64,000 bases of DNA from Candidatus Kaiserbacteria bacterium. Lineage in GTDB: Bacteria; Patescibacteriota; Minisyncoccia; Phycocordibacterales; Phycocordibacteraceae. The stretch lies in contig JACPGH010000002.1 of NCBI GenBank assembly GCA_016182485.1, forward strand, positions 26,608 to 90,607, written 5' to 3'. Under the pieces are notes generated by a model that was not told where the DNA came from, did no database searches, and saw nothing but the letters and a program-made list of their open reading frames with translations. A program made the translations under genes and the position numbers. Below are positions 63,850 to 64,000 of the stretch, one piece after another. How positions within the stretch are numbered: the first letter of the stretch is position 1; each line of letters opens with the position of its first letter.

Positions 63850-64000
63850 AAGGGACGCGGGACAGGGCCTTAACTCTGGTGCGACGTGATTTATGTTGAT
63901 GAATAAGTTTGAATGCGTTGCTTACTTTAGTTATTTTTTATCAGAATTAGGAGGCTCAACAAATTTTAATGAGATCGAATTCACGCAATGGCGGATGTTT

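Overview
GC-rich bacterial chromosome segment using the standard code 11. Gene content and style suggest a Patescibacteria/CPR (Parcubacteria-like) genome; this is inference from pilin-like membrane proteins, class F sortase, cohesin/dockerin proteins, short IF-2 and SD-less genes. Housekeeping genes include pyrB, a class IV aminotransferase, rbfA, infB, a cysteine desulfurase, clpB, rpmG, miaA, ahpC, panD, pcm, mltG and a cold-shock protein, plus three tRNAs (Leu-TAA, Cys-GCA, Trp-CCA). An AT-richer defence island (about 17.9-27.0 kb) is organised as hsdR-hsdM-hsdS, an unknown 517-aa protein with an RxxxxH HEPN-like motif, and a Septu-like ATPase + HNH pair. There is also a mannoside-processing cluster (GH130 x3 domains, GH125, HAD-IIB) and two CrtI-family carotenoid desaturases. 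The main unexplained structure has five parts. (1) A promoter- and terminator-bounded, ORF-free, multi-hairpin RNA candidate of about 360 nt at 49.6-50.0 kb. (2) Five doublets of a 21-bp palindrome, two of which form a 65-bp direct repeat around a self-contained orphan gene. (3) More than a dozen short palindromic elements inserted in frame in protein genes, one of them nested and one family supplying stop codons. (4) Pervasive leaderless-type -10 boxes on core genes versus SD-led orphan single-gene cassettes. (5) A sortase substrate whose predicted mature part is only about 9 residues. Three lesions (about 1427, 24525 and 26990) may be real or assembly errors. No database searches were run; all family calls come from motif recognition.
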